NCBI GenBank assembly: GCA_964510585.1
Contig: CAZECW010000113.1
Coordinates: forward strand, 30,001 to 62,000
DNA: 32,000 bases
Direction of reading: 5' to 3'
DNA from: an uncultured archaeon
GTDB lineage: Archaea > Asgardarchaeota > Jordiarchaeia > Jordiarchaeales > Jordiarchaeaceae
Shown one piece after another: positions 1 through 8,802 of the stretch; within the stretch, counting starts at the first letter, position 1; every line of letters starts with the position of its first letter. Made by a program: the position numbers and the translations under genes. The notes under the pieces are model-generated. The model saw only the letters and a list, made by a program, of their open reading frames with translations, was not told where the DNA came from and did no database searches.

Positions 1-86
1 AAATGAAGCGCTCACCGCTTAAACTATAAAAAAATAGTTATTGTTTCATAGGAATAATTCAGGTTACTTAAAAAAGGGGAATTCAA

Positions 87-1553
87 ATGGTTTTGGAAAT
101 CCAAAAAGCCGCTGAGGAAATAGCACAAAAAATAGGAGAGGAAAAAGTTTCTACAGAGAAATTCCACAGAATAGCCTACAGCAGAGATTGGTCACCCAGA
201 AATGCAAAAGAAGCCCAACTACCAGATGTAGTCGTAGTACCCTCAACCACAGAGGAAGTAGCAGAAGTAGTAAAAATCGCATACAAGTACAGGATTCCAA
301 TAGTCCCCTTCGCAGGAGGAACAGGAATGGGGGGAGGTGTTTCACCAATAAAAGGCGGCATAACTGTTGATACCAAAGGCCTCAACAAAATTTTGGAAAT
401 AGACAAGGAGAACTTAACCGTAACTACACAGGTGGGAATAACAATTCTAGCGCTAAACCAGGAACTTGAAAAACACGGCTTGTGGTGGCCCCATGACCCT
501 GAAAGCAAACCCGCCTCAACGGTAGGAGCCGCCATATCCTGTGATAACGACAGCACCTTCGGAATAAAATACGGTAAACTTGGAGACTACCTCCTCAACG
601 CAGTACTCGTAACAGGAACTGGAGAAATCTTAAGATTGGGGCACCGAAAAGCACTATGCACTTCCTCAGGATACAAACTACACTGGCTACTAATCGGGGC
701 AGAAGGCACACTGGGAATCGTCACAGAAGCTACACTGAAAGTCTTCCCAAAACCCCAAACTAGAAAAGTGGAAGCAGTGGTCTTCAAATCCATATCCGAA
801 GCAATAAACGGCTTAAAAAGGCTCCTCCAGGCAGGCCTAAGCATAGAAAGCGCACATATAAACTGTAAAAGACGCCTAGGATTCTACACCCACGCCTACC
901 GAGAAAAATACAAGAGGGAACCAGACATCCCAGAGTGGGCCGAAGCATTGCTATTTGTTTCATTCAACGGAGACGAAGAAGTAGTAAAGTTCTCACACGA
1001 GTACGCCCTAAAAATACTAGAAGAATTCGGGGGACAAAAGGTGAAAGAGAAGGAAATAATCGACGGATGGTGGACAAGTAAACACACGCTCAAATTTGAA
1101 CCCTTCAAACAAAAATGGCCCGACTCCCAGAGAAAGAAAAAGTTTGGAGCCGCAGACCTGGGCATACCCATAGGAAGAATAGAAGAAGCATACCAAAAAT
1201 TCCTAAAAATAGCAGAAAAAAACAAAATGGAAGTCTTGGGAATGTGCGTATACAACGAGAGACCCAACCGCATAAGTCCCAGCATAAGCTTCGCAGTCTT
1301 CGTGGACGACACCGATCCCGACGAAGTGAAGCGCTTCTACAAATACGTTGAAGAAATGAGTAAAATGGCCGTTGACCTAGAAGGAACAATGAGCACCTAC
1401 ATAGGAGACGGAGACCGACTGGGAGGCTTCAACAAATACGAGCACGGCGAAGCACTAAAATACATGAAAAAAATCAAAGAGGTATTCGACCCCCAAAACA
1501 TAATGAACCCCGGTAAAAAATTCGAATCCTGCTGGATAGAACTAGGAAAGTAG
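87..1553 (+). CDS. FAD-binding oxidoreductase, GlcD/D-lactate dehydrogenase-like family (FAD_binding_4 + FAD-oxidase_C), atypical active site
   Basis: PDVVVVPSTTEEV, PFAGGTGMGGG, WWPHDPES, LIGAEGTLGIVTEATLK and C-terminal KEVFDPQNIMNPGK are family hallmarks. Confidence 0.87.
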   Translation: MVLEIQKAAEEIAQKIGEEKVSTEKFHRIAYSRDWSPRNAKEAQLPDVVVVPSTTEEVAEVVKIAYKYRIPIVPFAGGTGMGGGVSPIKGGITVDTKGLNKILEIDKENLTVTTQVGITILALNQELEKHGLWWPHDPESKPASTVGAAISCDNDSTFGIKYGKLGDYLLNAVLVTGTGEILRLGHRKALCTSSGYKLHWLLIGAEGTLGIVTEATLKVFPKPQTRKVEAVVFKSISEAINGLKRLLQAGLSIESAHINCKRRLGFYTHAYREKYKREPDIPEWAEALLFVSFNGDEEVVKFSHEYALKILEEFGGQKVKEKEIIDGWWTSKHTLKFEPFKQKWPDSQRKKKFGAADLGIPIGRIEEAYQKFLKIAEKNKMEVLGMCVYNERPNRISPSISFAVFVDDTDPDEVKRFYKYVEEMSKMAVDLEGTMSTYIGDGDRLGGFNKYEHGEALKYMKKIKEVFDPQNIMNPGKKFESCWIELGK

Positions 1554-1601
1554 CATAATGCGAGGAGGAATTAATCAAAATTAAAAGATGGTGGATTGAC
1601 G

Positions 1602-2720
1602 ATGCGTATAGAAGAGTATGAGGAGGATATATATACCTGTAATCGCACCCGCTGCGGATTTTGTAGAAACGAGTGCCCCGTATATCAGGAGAAGGGGTTC
1701 GAATCCTACTCTTGCCGTGGAAAAATGCTCATAGCCAGAGGACTGCTTGAAGGCGTCTTGGAACCCAGTAGGGAGCTTCTAGACTGCGTAAACCTGTGTG
1801 CAACCTGTAACTATTGTGGCTCACGCTGCGCATTAAGGAATGTGGAAATCATTGAGGCTCTCAGAGCGGATCTGGTGGAAGCAGGCTTCAGAGACCAGTA
1901 TCATGAGAGGGGAATAGAGGAGATTAAGAGGAACGGCAACCCTTACCTTAAACCTAGAAATGAGAGGGAAACTTGGGCTAAGGATATCCCATTCTCAAAA
2001 TCGGCGGATACACTACTTTACGCTGGTTGCACTTATCCCTACATTTTCCCAGACTGGTTGAGAACCGCAGCCCAGACACTCACAGGTATTGGGTTGAAAC
2101 TGAATTGCTTGGGCAATGAGGAGTTTTGCTGTGGAAACCTGATGCTCACAACCGGCTTTTTAGAAGACTTCATGGAAACTGGAAAAAAGAACATAGAGGC
2201 CTTCCGAAAAGCTGGCGTAAAAAGAATAGTCACCGGCTGTCCGGGATGTTACAAGATTTTCGCCGAGGATTATCCTAAATATTTCAGCAATTTTGACATA
2301 GAGGTGGAGCACATAACCCAGCTTGTGGCAAGATTGATAGATGAGGGAAAAATAAAACCAACCAGACCAGTGAATTCCGTCATCACATATCATGACCCCT
2401 GCCACCTTGGTAGACATATGAGGGTAATAGAGGAACCCCGCAAGATTCTGGACAGTATCCCCGGACTGGAACTAAGAGAGATGGAGCATAACAAGTTCGA
2501 TGCAAAGTGCTGTGGAGCTGGAGGAGGAATGATGGCCGCTTACCCAGAGGTTGCAGTAAAAATAGCAGAAAAAAGAGTAAAAGAGGCAGAAGCCACTGGA
2601 GCAGAAATGCTGGTAACAATCTGCCCCATTTGCGAATTCAACTTTGACAGAGCCATAAGATACACAGACTCAAAAATAAAACTAGTCGACCTAATGGAGA
2701 TACTCAAAAAATCCATTTAG
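1602..2720 (+). CDS. (Fe-S)-binding protein with 4Fe-4S dicluster and two CCG domains (GlcF/HdrD-like)
   Basis: CNRTRCGFCRNECP and CATCNYCGSRC cluster motifs; EEFCCG, VTGCPGC, YHDPCHLGR, KCCGAGGG, VTICPIC. Start is ATG 1602 or TTG 1596. Confidence 0.88.
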   Translation: MRIEEYEEDIYTCNRTRCGFCRNECPVYQEKGFESYSCRGKMLIARGLLEGVLEPSRELLDCVNLCATCNYCGSRCALRNVEIIEALRADLVEAGFRDQYHERGIEEIKRNGNPYLKPRNERETWAKDIPFSKSADTLLYAGCTYPYIFPDWLRTAAQTLTGIGLKLNCLGNEEFCCGNLMLTTGFLEDFMETGKKNIEAFRKAGVKRIVTGCPGCYKIFAEDYPKYFSNFDIEVEHITQLVARLIDEGKIKPTRPVNSVITYHDPCHLGRHMRVIEEPRKILDSIPGLELREMEHNKFDAKCCGAGGGMMAAYPEVAVKIAEKRVKEAEATGAEMLVTICPICEFNFDRAIRYTDSKIKLVDLMEILKKSI

Positions 2721-2765
2721 CCGCGCATCAATCACACCCCATCACTAAGCCAGAAAACATCATAA

Positions 2766-2788
2766 GGGGACAAAGATTAAGGGTCCCC
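2766..2788. terminator. Possible hairpin terminator between convergent genes
   Basis: GGGGAC (2766-2771) / GTCCCC (2783-2788), 11-nt loop, between stops at 2720 (+) and 2892 (-). Confidence 0.3.
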
Positions 2789-2891
2789 ACAATCAAAAAT
2801 TTTTAAATGTGTTTTCCGAAAAAAATTAGGAAAGAACTGTTTCCGAACCAATTTTACTATTTTTAATCGTGTTGCAGGCTGAGCAGGTTTA

Positions 2892-3839
2892 TCATTCAAA
2901 ACATTTGGATGAGAGGTTCTCATCCTTGGCCCCGTAGTAGGGTTCGCGGAGTTCAACTGCTTTTAGAAACAGTTCTCTGAGAGTTTTGGAATCCGCACCT
3001 CCTCTGAGGGGGCCTATAATGTCAATAAGGTTGTCGCTTCGCATAAGGCAGGGTTTCAGCTTGCCATCACTTGTGAGGCGTATTCGGGTACAGTTTGAAC
3101 AAAAATCGCTGTTATGTACCGGTCTTACAATTTCCACTTCTGCACCGCCGGGTAGAAAGTACTTTTTTCTGTTCTGCATACTTTTTCTAGTAACCACCCT
3201 TTCTGCATAGCCTCCCAACTCCACCTCTAAGGGCTCCACATCCACGTGAAAACGCTGGAAAACCTCGTTTCCCAAATCCACAAGCTCAATCACCTGCAGA
3301 ATGGCGCCCTTGCTTTGAGAAAAACGCACCAAATCCCAAAACTCATTTTCATTCAACCCCCTCAATAAAACCATGTTAAGCTTAATGGGTCTAAGCCCAG
3401 CCGCCGAAGCCTCATCAATCCCACACAACACAGAGTCTAATTCATCAAAACCGGTAATTACCTTATATTTTTCAGGGACCAAGGAATCTAAACTAACATT
3501 TACCCTCTTTAACCCCACCTCTCTCAATTCCCAAGCCTTATCCGCAAGCAGAGTAGCATTAGTAGTCATAGAAACCTCCTCAATCCCGGGTACCGAGGAA
3601 ATCCTCTCCACCAATTCAAAAATATCCCTCCGCAGCAAAGGTTCCCCACCAGTCAACTTCACCCGCCTAACACCCTCAACCGCCGCCACTTCCACGATTC
3701 TCTCAATCTCATAAGCCTCCAACTCGCAACTAGGATTAATCTCACCCTCACCATGACAATAAATACACCTAAGATTGCAACGATGAGTAAGGGAAACCCG
3801 AATGTCCCTAATAGGCCTCCCATATCTGTCGCAAACCAT
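2892..3839 (-). CDS. moaA: GTP 3',8-cyclase (molybdopterin biosynthesis radical SAM enzyme)
   Basis: DRYGRPIRDIRVSLTHRCNLRCIYCHGEG (CxxxCxxC), LTGGEPLLR, NVSLDSL, C-terminal FCSNCTRIRLTSDGKLKPCL. Confidence 0.94.
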   Translation of the reverse strand: MVCDRYGRPIRDIRVSLTHRCNLRCIYCHGEGEINPSCELEAYEIERIVEVAAVEGVRRVKLTGGEPLLRRDIFELVERISSVPGIEEVSMTTNATLLADKAWELREVGLKRVNVSLDSLVPEKYKVITGFDELDSVLCGIDEASAAGLRPIKLNMVLLRGLNENEFWDLVRFSQSKGAILQVIELVDLGNEVFQRFHVDVEPLEVELGGYAERVVTRKSMQNRKKYFLPGGAEVEIVRPVHNSDFCSNCTRIRLTSDGKLKPCLMRSDNLIDIIGPLRGGADSKTLRELFLKAVELREPYYGAKDENLSSKCFE

Positions 3840-3970
3840 AATTGCACTCCCAAGATTCTAAACTAACAACCACAAAGAAACTTAAAACATTAACCCCACA
3901 AAACAAAAAAACATAAACTAACCAGAAAAGCCAAACCCACAAACAAAACACTAATCGCAAACCCAAAAAG

Positions 3971-4204
3971 TCAAAATTTAACTTCCCTAACCCGCGACGG
4001 CTTCTTAAAATCAATTCTTATAGCGTCAACAGGACAACGCGAAACACACATCTTACAACCCAGGCAGCTACTCTCATCCATAACCACAGCCAAACTCCTG
4101 TCCCCCAAATCCACAATTTTATAGATTCTGGCCCCCTTTGGACACACAGCCCTGCAAATACCCTCACCTCTACACTTCTCCGGATCAACAGTAATCCTGA
4201 CAAT
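3971..4204 (-). CDS. Dicluster-type ferredoxin
   Basis: CRGEGICRAVCP and CLGCKMCVSRCP. Start uncertain: GTG 4219 (ORF track) or ATT 4204, 7 nt after SD GAGGTG. Confidence 0.87.
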   Translation of the reverse strand: MVRITVDPEKCRGEGICRAVCPKGARIYKIVDLGDRSLAVVMDESSCLGCKMCVSRCPVDAIRIDFKKPSRVREVKF

Positions 4205-4326
4205 AAAAAACCACCTCACAAACTATAAAAAGCACATCCAACAAAACATAAAAACTTTAGCCTGAAAAATCAAAATCCAGAACAAAAATAAACCCACTCT
4301 AAAAGTCAAAAAAGGAATTCCAGACC

Positions 4327-4875
4327 TTAATCCGAGTCTTGGGAAGCCCTACTTAATAAGCTGCGCAAGAGACCGCCGGAAGGCTTCGCGCCATATTCCT
4401 TCACACTCTCAGAAGCCCTGGATTCCATTCTAACTTCACCAGCTTTAACCTCAGAAAGAACACTAGCAACAGAACGCAAAAAGTCGGGGTTAATACGCCA
4501 CTCCGTAGTATCCTGCCCCGCCCTACACTCCAAAAAATCAGAGCCCAAAACCTGCTGAGACTGAGTCAAAATAGTGCTTACACGCACCAGACCCACTCCC
4601 CTGTCCCAACTCCGTGCAACACGACACAACTCAAAAACAGTATACCAATTACCACTACTCAAAACGTCAAAAATAGCCCTCTTACACATGTCCCCCCCAA
4701 TCAATCTCCTCAGCATATCACTCTTACCCGAACTTGAACTCACACCAGAACCGTAACCCCAACTATGACCAGAAACGCTTGAAGAGCCAGACGGAGAATT
4801 AGAAGCAGAAGACTGAGAATTGGAATCACCACTAACCCTACCAAAAATCGACCTATGAGAATTCTCCTCAAGCAT
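4327..4875 (-). CDS. Hypothetical protein, Ser/Gly-rich N-terminus plus possible winged-helix domain
   Basis: 182-aa ORF co-oriented with the ferredoxin and moaA; ~50-aa low-complexity S/G tract, then a helical segment ending in a TEWRINP beta-hairpin-like wing. Confidence 0.65.
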   Translation of the reverse strand: MLEENSHRSIFGRVSGDSNSQSSASNSPSGSSSVSGHSWGYGSGVSSSSGKSDMLRRLIGGDMCKRAIFDVLSSGNWYTVFELCRVARSWDRGVGLVRVSTILTQSQQVLGSDFLECRAGQDTTEWRINPDFLRSVASVLSEVKAGEVRMESRASESVKEYGAKPSGGLLRSLLSRASQDSD

Positions 4876-5889
4876 AAAAGGAATCCTCCAAACCGCAAAT
4901 AACTACAGCTCACAGTTAAGGAATCTATCCGAAAACAAGATAAAAAATTGAGTAACACGCAACTAATACATATATAACTCAAAAAACCATAGAGTTCTTA
5001 TAAAAAAGGGGCCAAAAAAAGCACAAAGCACCACTAGTTTAAACGAGAAAACAATAAAAACACAAAAAACCAAAACGAAATAAACAAAAAACCGAAAACA
5101 ACAGAAAGATTTTTATTTGTAAAATACAAAATACATATTGGGGAAGTTGAACCTCACGCCGCGAAGTCCACACTAAGCTCACTAATCGCTTTCCCCCCTC
5201 ACTTGCATTGTCGTTGTTGGTCTTCTTTTTTTGTTTTGGTGTGGGCGTATGGGCGCGAGGGCTTCCCTGACGTTTACTTCTTCCTCTGGAGAATGATTCA
5301 CCACATAGTTCACTTAATTTGGGTTTTTTACTTATTTTAACAAATTTTAAAATTGTTTTAGTGTTTGTTTTATTTATGGGGAGAAATAAACGTTTTTCCA
5401 GCACATTTTTAAATTCATTTTTCAAATGTTCAGTCTACAAAGAGAGAATGGAAACAATTACAAGTTGCACAACTCAGCAATTTTATAAATGGTTTAAAGG
5501 AAATCTAAAAAATATTTGAGGTGTATGTCTAACCCATGGGGGGGATACACCTTTTTAGCTGAGGATGGGAATCGCTCAGATTTTTAAGGGAAGTGAAGGC
5601 TAAAATTGAGGATAGAAAAAGGGCTCTTTTTTAGCAATTATAGAGGGTTATTCCCAGTTTTCCCCTTACAATGGCTAAATGTGTATGGAAAAGGCTTGTT
5701 CCACTGAATATCACCAAAGTTAAGGCATACGTGGTTCTGCGCTTCTGTGTGTGAAGTACACCGCAGCGCTTTTAATTGCTTTAGAACCCTTTTTCTGGTG
5801 GGTGGGCCCCATTGCTCTTTTATTAGTTGTATTTTTGTGTTGTTCCATCTTTGGGGATGGTGAACTGCTGCTTTATTTTTTGGTGATTA

Positions 5890-6522
5890 TTATTTTTGTT
5901 TGTCTTCGATTATTATTTCTTCGATTCCCTCTTTGGTGATTTTGTGTATTTGGATTCTGCCTCCTGATGCTGTGTCGCGAGCTTTGGCTGCTCTTACTGC
6001 TCTTATGGCTAGGTCTTTTGCTTCTTCTACGGTGATGCCGTCTTTGTATTCGTCTTCCAGTACTCCGTAGGCTATCACGGATCCTGATCCAGTTGCTCCA
6101 AATTTTGGTTCTTCTAGTAGGCTTCCTAGGGGATCTAGAGTGTAGATGTGTGGGCCTGTTTCGTCTACTCCTCCTAGGACTGGCATGGTAATGTATGGGT
6201 TGATTCGGTTTTGGTATAGTAGTACGGACATGAGGTTTGCTGCTGCTTTTACGGTGACGTCTCTTCCTATTTCGTGTTTTCTGAGGGCTAGGTTTGCGGA
6301 CATTATTTTTGCTACCTGCTGGCAGTCGGCAACGCCCCCGGAGATGGTCATGGATATTCGGGGGGCTATTTTGTATATTTTGGGGGCGGTTATGTTGGCC
6401 ACTATGTTCCCCATGGTTGCTTGGGATTCTGTTGCCAGTATTACTCCGTCCTTGCAGACGATTCCCAAAGTGGTTGTGCCGCTTACATATATATTATCGT
6501 TAATTTTATTGTCTCTGCTCAT
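5890..6522 (-). CDS. psmB: Proteasome endopeptidase beta subunit
   Basis: Propeptide ending SG then TTTLGIVCKDGVILA; mature Thr1, Glu17 and Lys33 present; ATGSGS and RDTASGG motifs. Confidence 0.97.
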   Translation of the reverse strand: MSRDNKINDNIYVSGTTTLGIVCKDGVILATESQATMGNIVANITAPKIYKIAPRISMTISGGVADCQQVAKIMSANLALRKHEIGRDVTVKAAANLMSVLLYQNRINPYITMPVLGGVDETGPHIYTLDPLGSLLEEPKFGATGSGSVIAYGVLEDEYKDGITVEEAKDLAIRAVRAAKARDTASGGRIQIHKITKEGIEEIIIEDKQK

Positions 6523-6594
6523 GGTTACCCTACTCCTGAATTTCTGTCTGTGTATTTAGTATTGAGGTTTTTGCTTTTATTGACTTGGTAGGTG

Positions 6595-6608
6595 AAGTAT
6601 TAATACTT
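6595..6608. promoter_or_regulatory. Perfect 14-bp palindrome overlapping a BRE/TATA-like element upstream of psmB
   Basis: AAGTATTAATACTT is self-complementary; the minus strand reads GAAAAAG-TATTAATA about 75 bp above the psmB start. Confidence 0.4.
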
Positions 6609-6938
6609 TTTCATATTAAACCTGCCTAACCTTCCTGCCGGACAGTATCGCCAAAGATGGGAATATGGCTGAATGGGAGGGAAGGACTGCATTGGGATGC
6701 TAGTGTTTTCCCCAATTGTTCAGTTTTTAAACTGGTTTGAAAAATGTGTGAGAAAGATATAGTATTCCCCACCTAAGCGCATCGTCAACCAACCTTCGCA
6801 GAGAAGAAGATAATTCTCCCAAAAATACTTGAGATAAATGGGATAAGTGTTTAAAGAATAGTTATGTTGTGTTAGCAATAGGTTTATGACTTATTATTGA
6901 GGGTTTGGTGGTGGTTTTATATTTTTGAGTTTCTTTTT

Positions 6939-7973
6939 TTAGAAGGTTTCTGTGGAGTCTACTACGTCTTCTAGGAATTTTTGGTATTTGAGGACTACTT
7001 TTTCTTTTAGGTCCATTGCTAGAACTGGGTTTACTTTGGCGATTTTTCTGAGTAGGAATTCGACGAGGAGTTCGTTTGTTTCTCCGTTGACTTTCAGGGC
7101 TATATTGTCTGAGCCCATGCATTCTAGGAGTACGCTTAGAATTTCTTCTCGGTCTTCGCTTCCACCGTAAGAGAAGAGGCGTAGGAGTTCGTTTCCGGCG
7201 ATTCTTGTGAAGAAGAGTTTTAATTCTTTTAGATCTTTTTTGAGGAGGTTTGAGACTCCGGCTTTGATTATGCTCCAAACGAAGTCGTAGGCAACTCCCT
7301 CTCTTCTAACCACGAAAACGCACAGGAGGATGTCCTCTAAATCTTTAGTGTTTTTTTCCCTCTCAACGGCTAGGGCAATTTTTTGCCTGTCAAGCTTCTC
7401 AACGAAATCTTCCACAAGTAGGGGGTCTATTTCAAGGAGACACCGCAAACATAGGGCTAGAGAGGACAGGTCTTCTCCGGTGCTCAGCCTTTCTATTATG
7501 GTGCCCCAATCCATTTTTAGGGCCAGTTCCCTGGCGACTGTCTTATTTACTGAACCTAATGCTTCCAGAAAAAGGACCGGGTCTGTAAAATTTCCAGTAT
7601 AGTTGTTGAGTTTATTAAGTAGGGATTCTTTGTTCATGTTGTCGGCCAGCCATTCTGGAACCCAGCTGGAGGGCAATCCTTTGGAGCCTTGCCCAAGATA
7701 ACTGAAGAATTTTCTAATCACTCCCAAATCTTCTTCACTATTCAACTTCTCAACCAAAACAGGCAAATCTAATCCATTAAGTAACTCTTCAACCAAGTTT
7801 TTGGTCTCAAAACTCATCTGAAAAACAACCAGTCCAATCTTGCTCAGTTCTGGATTTCTATTAAGCTCATCCATAACGGCTTTTAGCTCCTCCACTGACA
7901 AGAGAGCTCTGCGCACCAGCTCTCTACTCTCATTCAATAAACGGTCAGAATCTGAATGGTCTCCCTGTGCCAT
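6939..7973 (-). CDS. Hypothetical alpha-helical repeat (solenoid-like) protein
   Basis: 351-aa ORF (GTG 7994 or ATG 7973 after GGAGG), Leu/Glu/Lys-rich, with visible ~40-aa degenerate repeats. Confidence 0.8.
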   Translation of the reverse strand: MAQGDHSDSDRLLNESRELVRRALLSVEELKAVMDELNRNPELSKIGLVVFQMSFETKNLVEELLNGLDLPVLVEKLNSEEDLGVIRKFFSYLGQGSKGLPSSWVPEWLADNMNKESLLNKLNNYTGNFTDPVLFLEALGSVNKTVARELALKMDWGTIIERLSTGEDLSSLALCLRCLLEIDPLLVEDFVEKLDRQKIALAVEREKNTKDLEDILLCVFVVRREGVAYDFVWSIIKAGVSNLLKKDLKELKLFFTRIAGNELLRLFSYGGSEDREEILSVLLECMGSDNIALKVNGETNELLVEFLLRKIAKVNPVLAMDLKEKVVLKYQKFLEDVVDSTETF

Positions 7974-8802
7974 CGAGTCTTGACTCCTCCACAATTATAA
8001 ACTAGCCATCCCATATTTCACGTACTAGACGGGGGGTCTACACCCTTAAAAGATAAATGCGCTATCCCGAATTATTAACGTTTTCTAATCTAACACAAAC
8101 TCTAAACGATCATACTCCTCGATTTGCTATTTAGAGTATCTACAGACCAACGGGAAAACCACGTATGCTTACAGGCCTCAAACAAAGCCTCGTATGTTTC
8201 CACGATCCAGATAATACAGAAATAAGGTCTTCAAATATTTTAGGAAATCCTCGAATATGTGAATTTCTGCGTGGCTTTCGCTATTCTCAGCGGTTTTTAT
8301 CATATTCAGTTTGCCATTTGCATGGCCTCTTAATCAATATGTACGCGCTTCCTGTCTAAATGGGGTAGACAAAAGAAAGTTTGGGAAGAAGACTCAAGAT
8401 GATGTAGTTTCGTTCAATTTCGCCTTTGAAAGAAGCTTTCGTAGGGCTTCTTTTCCGATTTAGAGCCTCAAAATGGAGGGTAGAATCGGACTAATCTGCA
8501 TCGCCGAGGACTCAATCAGAAAAGATTTAAATATTCTCTTTGTTTTTTTCTTACTGTCATGGAGGTCAACGGAAGTGTATCGCCGCCAAATTTGACAGCT
8601 AAAAGGCAAAACTACTTCTCAACTGTGAAAAGGCTAAGCCTTCCGTTGAAAACTTTTAATAACATGCATAAAATTATTTCTGGGGAGCTAGTTTCCCAAA
8701 AAATTCCTTGTAAAAGGTATTATGACAAAATTTTTCAGGATAAATCATTCTCTAACAATCTTCTAGTGATAACAGAAAAATCTTGCGCTGGAAGTGAAAA
8801 GT

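Noticed and set aside
5150-5275. Minus-strand frame reading C-K-TGA-G-G and A-A-TGA-G-S, a possible second selenoprotein
   Set aside because: No start codon after the upstream TAA, low-complexity sequence, no family resemblance.
5039-5519. ORFs 5039-5425 and 5319-5519, plus antisense/overlapping ORFs inside real genes throughout the window
   Set aside because: Low-complexity products of the skewed composition, or shadow frames of well-supported genes.
5698-5712. GTTCCACTGAA resembling an ORB origin box near the skew switch
   Set aside because: Single degenerate copy, no G-string, no cdc6/orc1 gene in the window.
5847-6661. 10-bp inverted repeat CCATCTTTGG/CCAAAGATGG flanking psmB
   Set aside because: A 10-mer match at this distance is unremarkable; no mobile-element context.
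8036-8370. GTCTAC...GTAGAC as MITE terminal inverted repeats
   Set aside because: Only 6 bp perfect, no target-site duplication, expected by chance.
8398-8458. C/D box sRNA (ATGATGT ... TTGA ... CCGA) with a guide loosely like 23S rRNA
   Set aside because: All boxes are degenerate, spacing is atypical, and the target cannot be verified.
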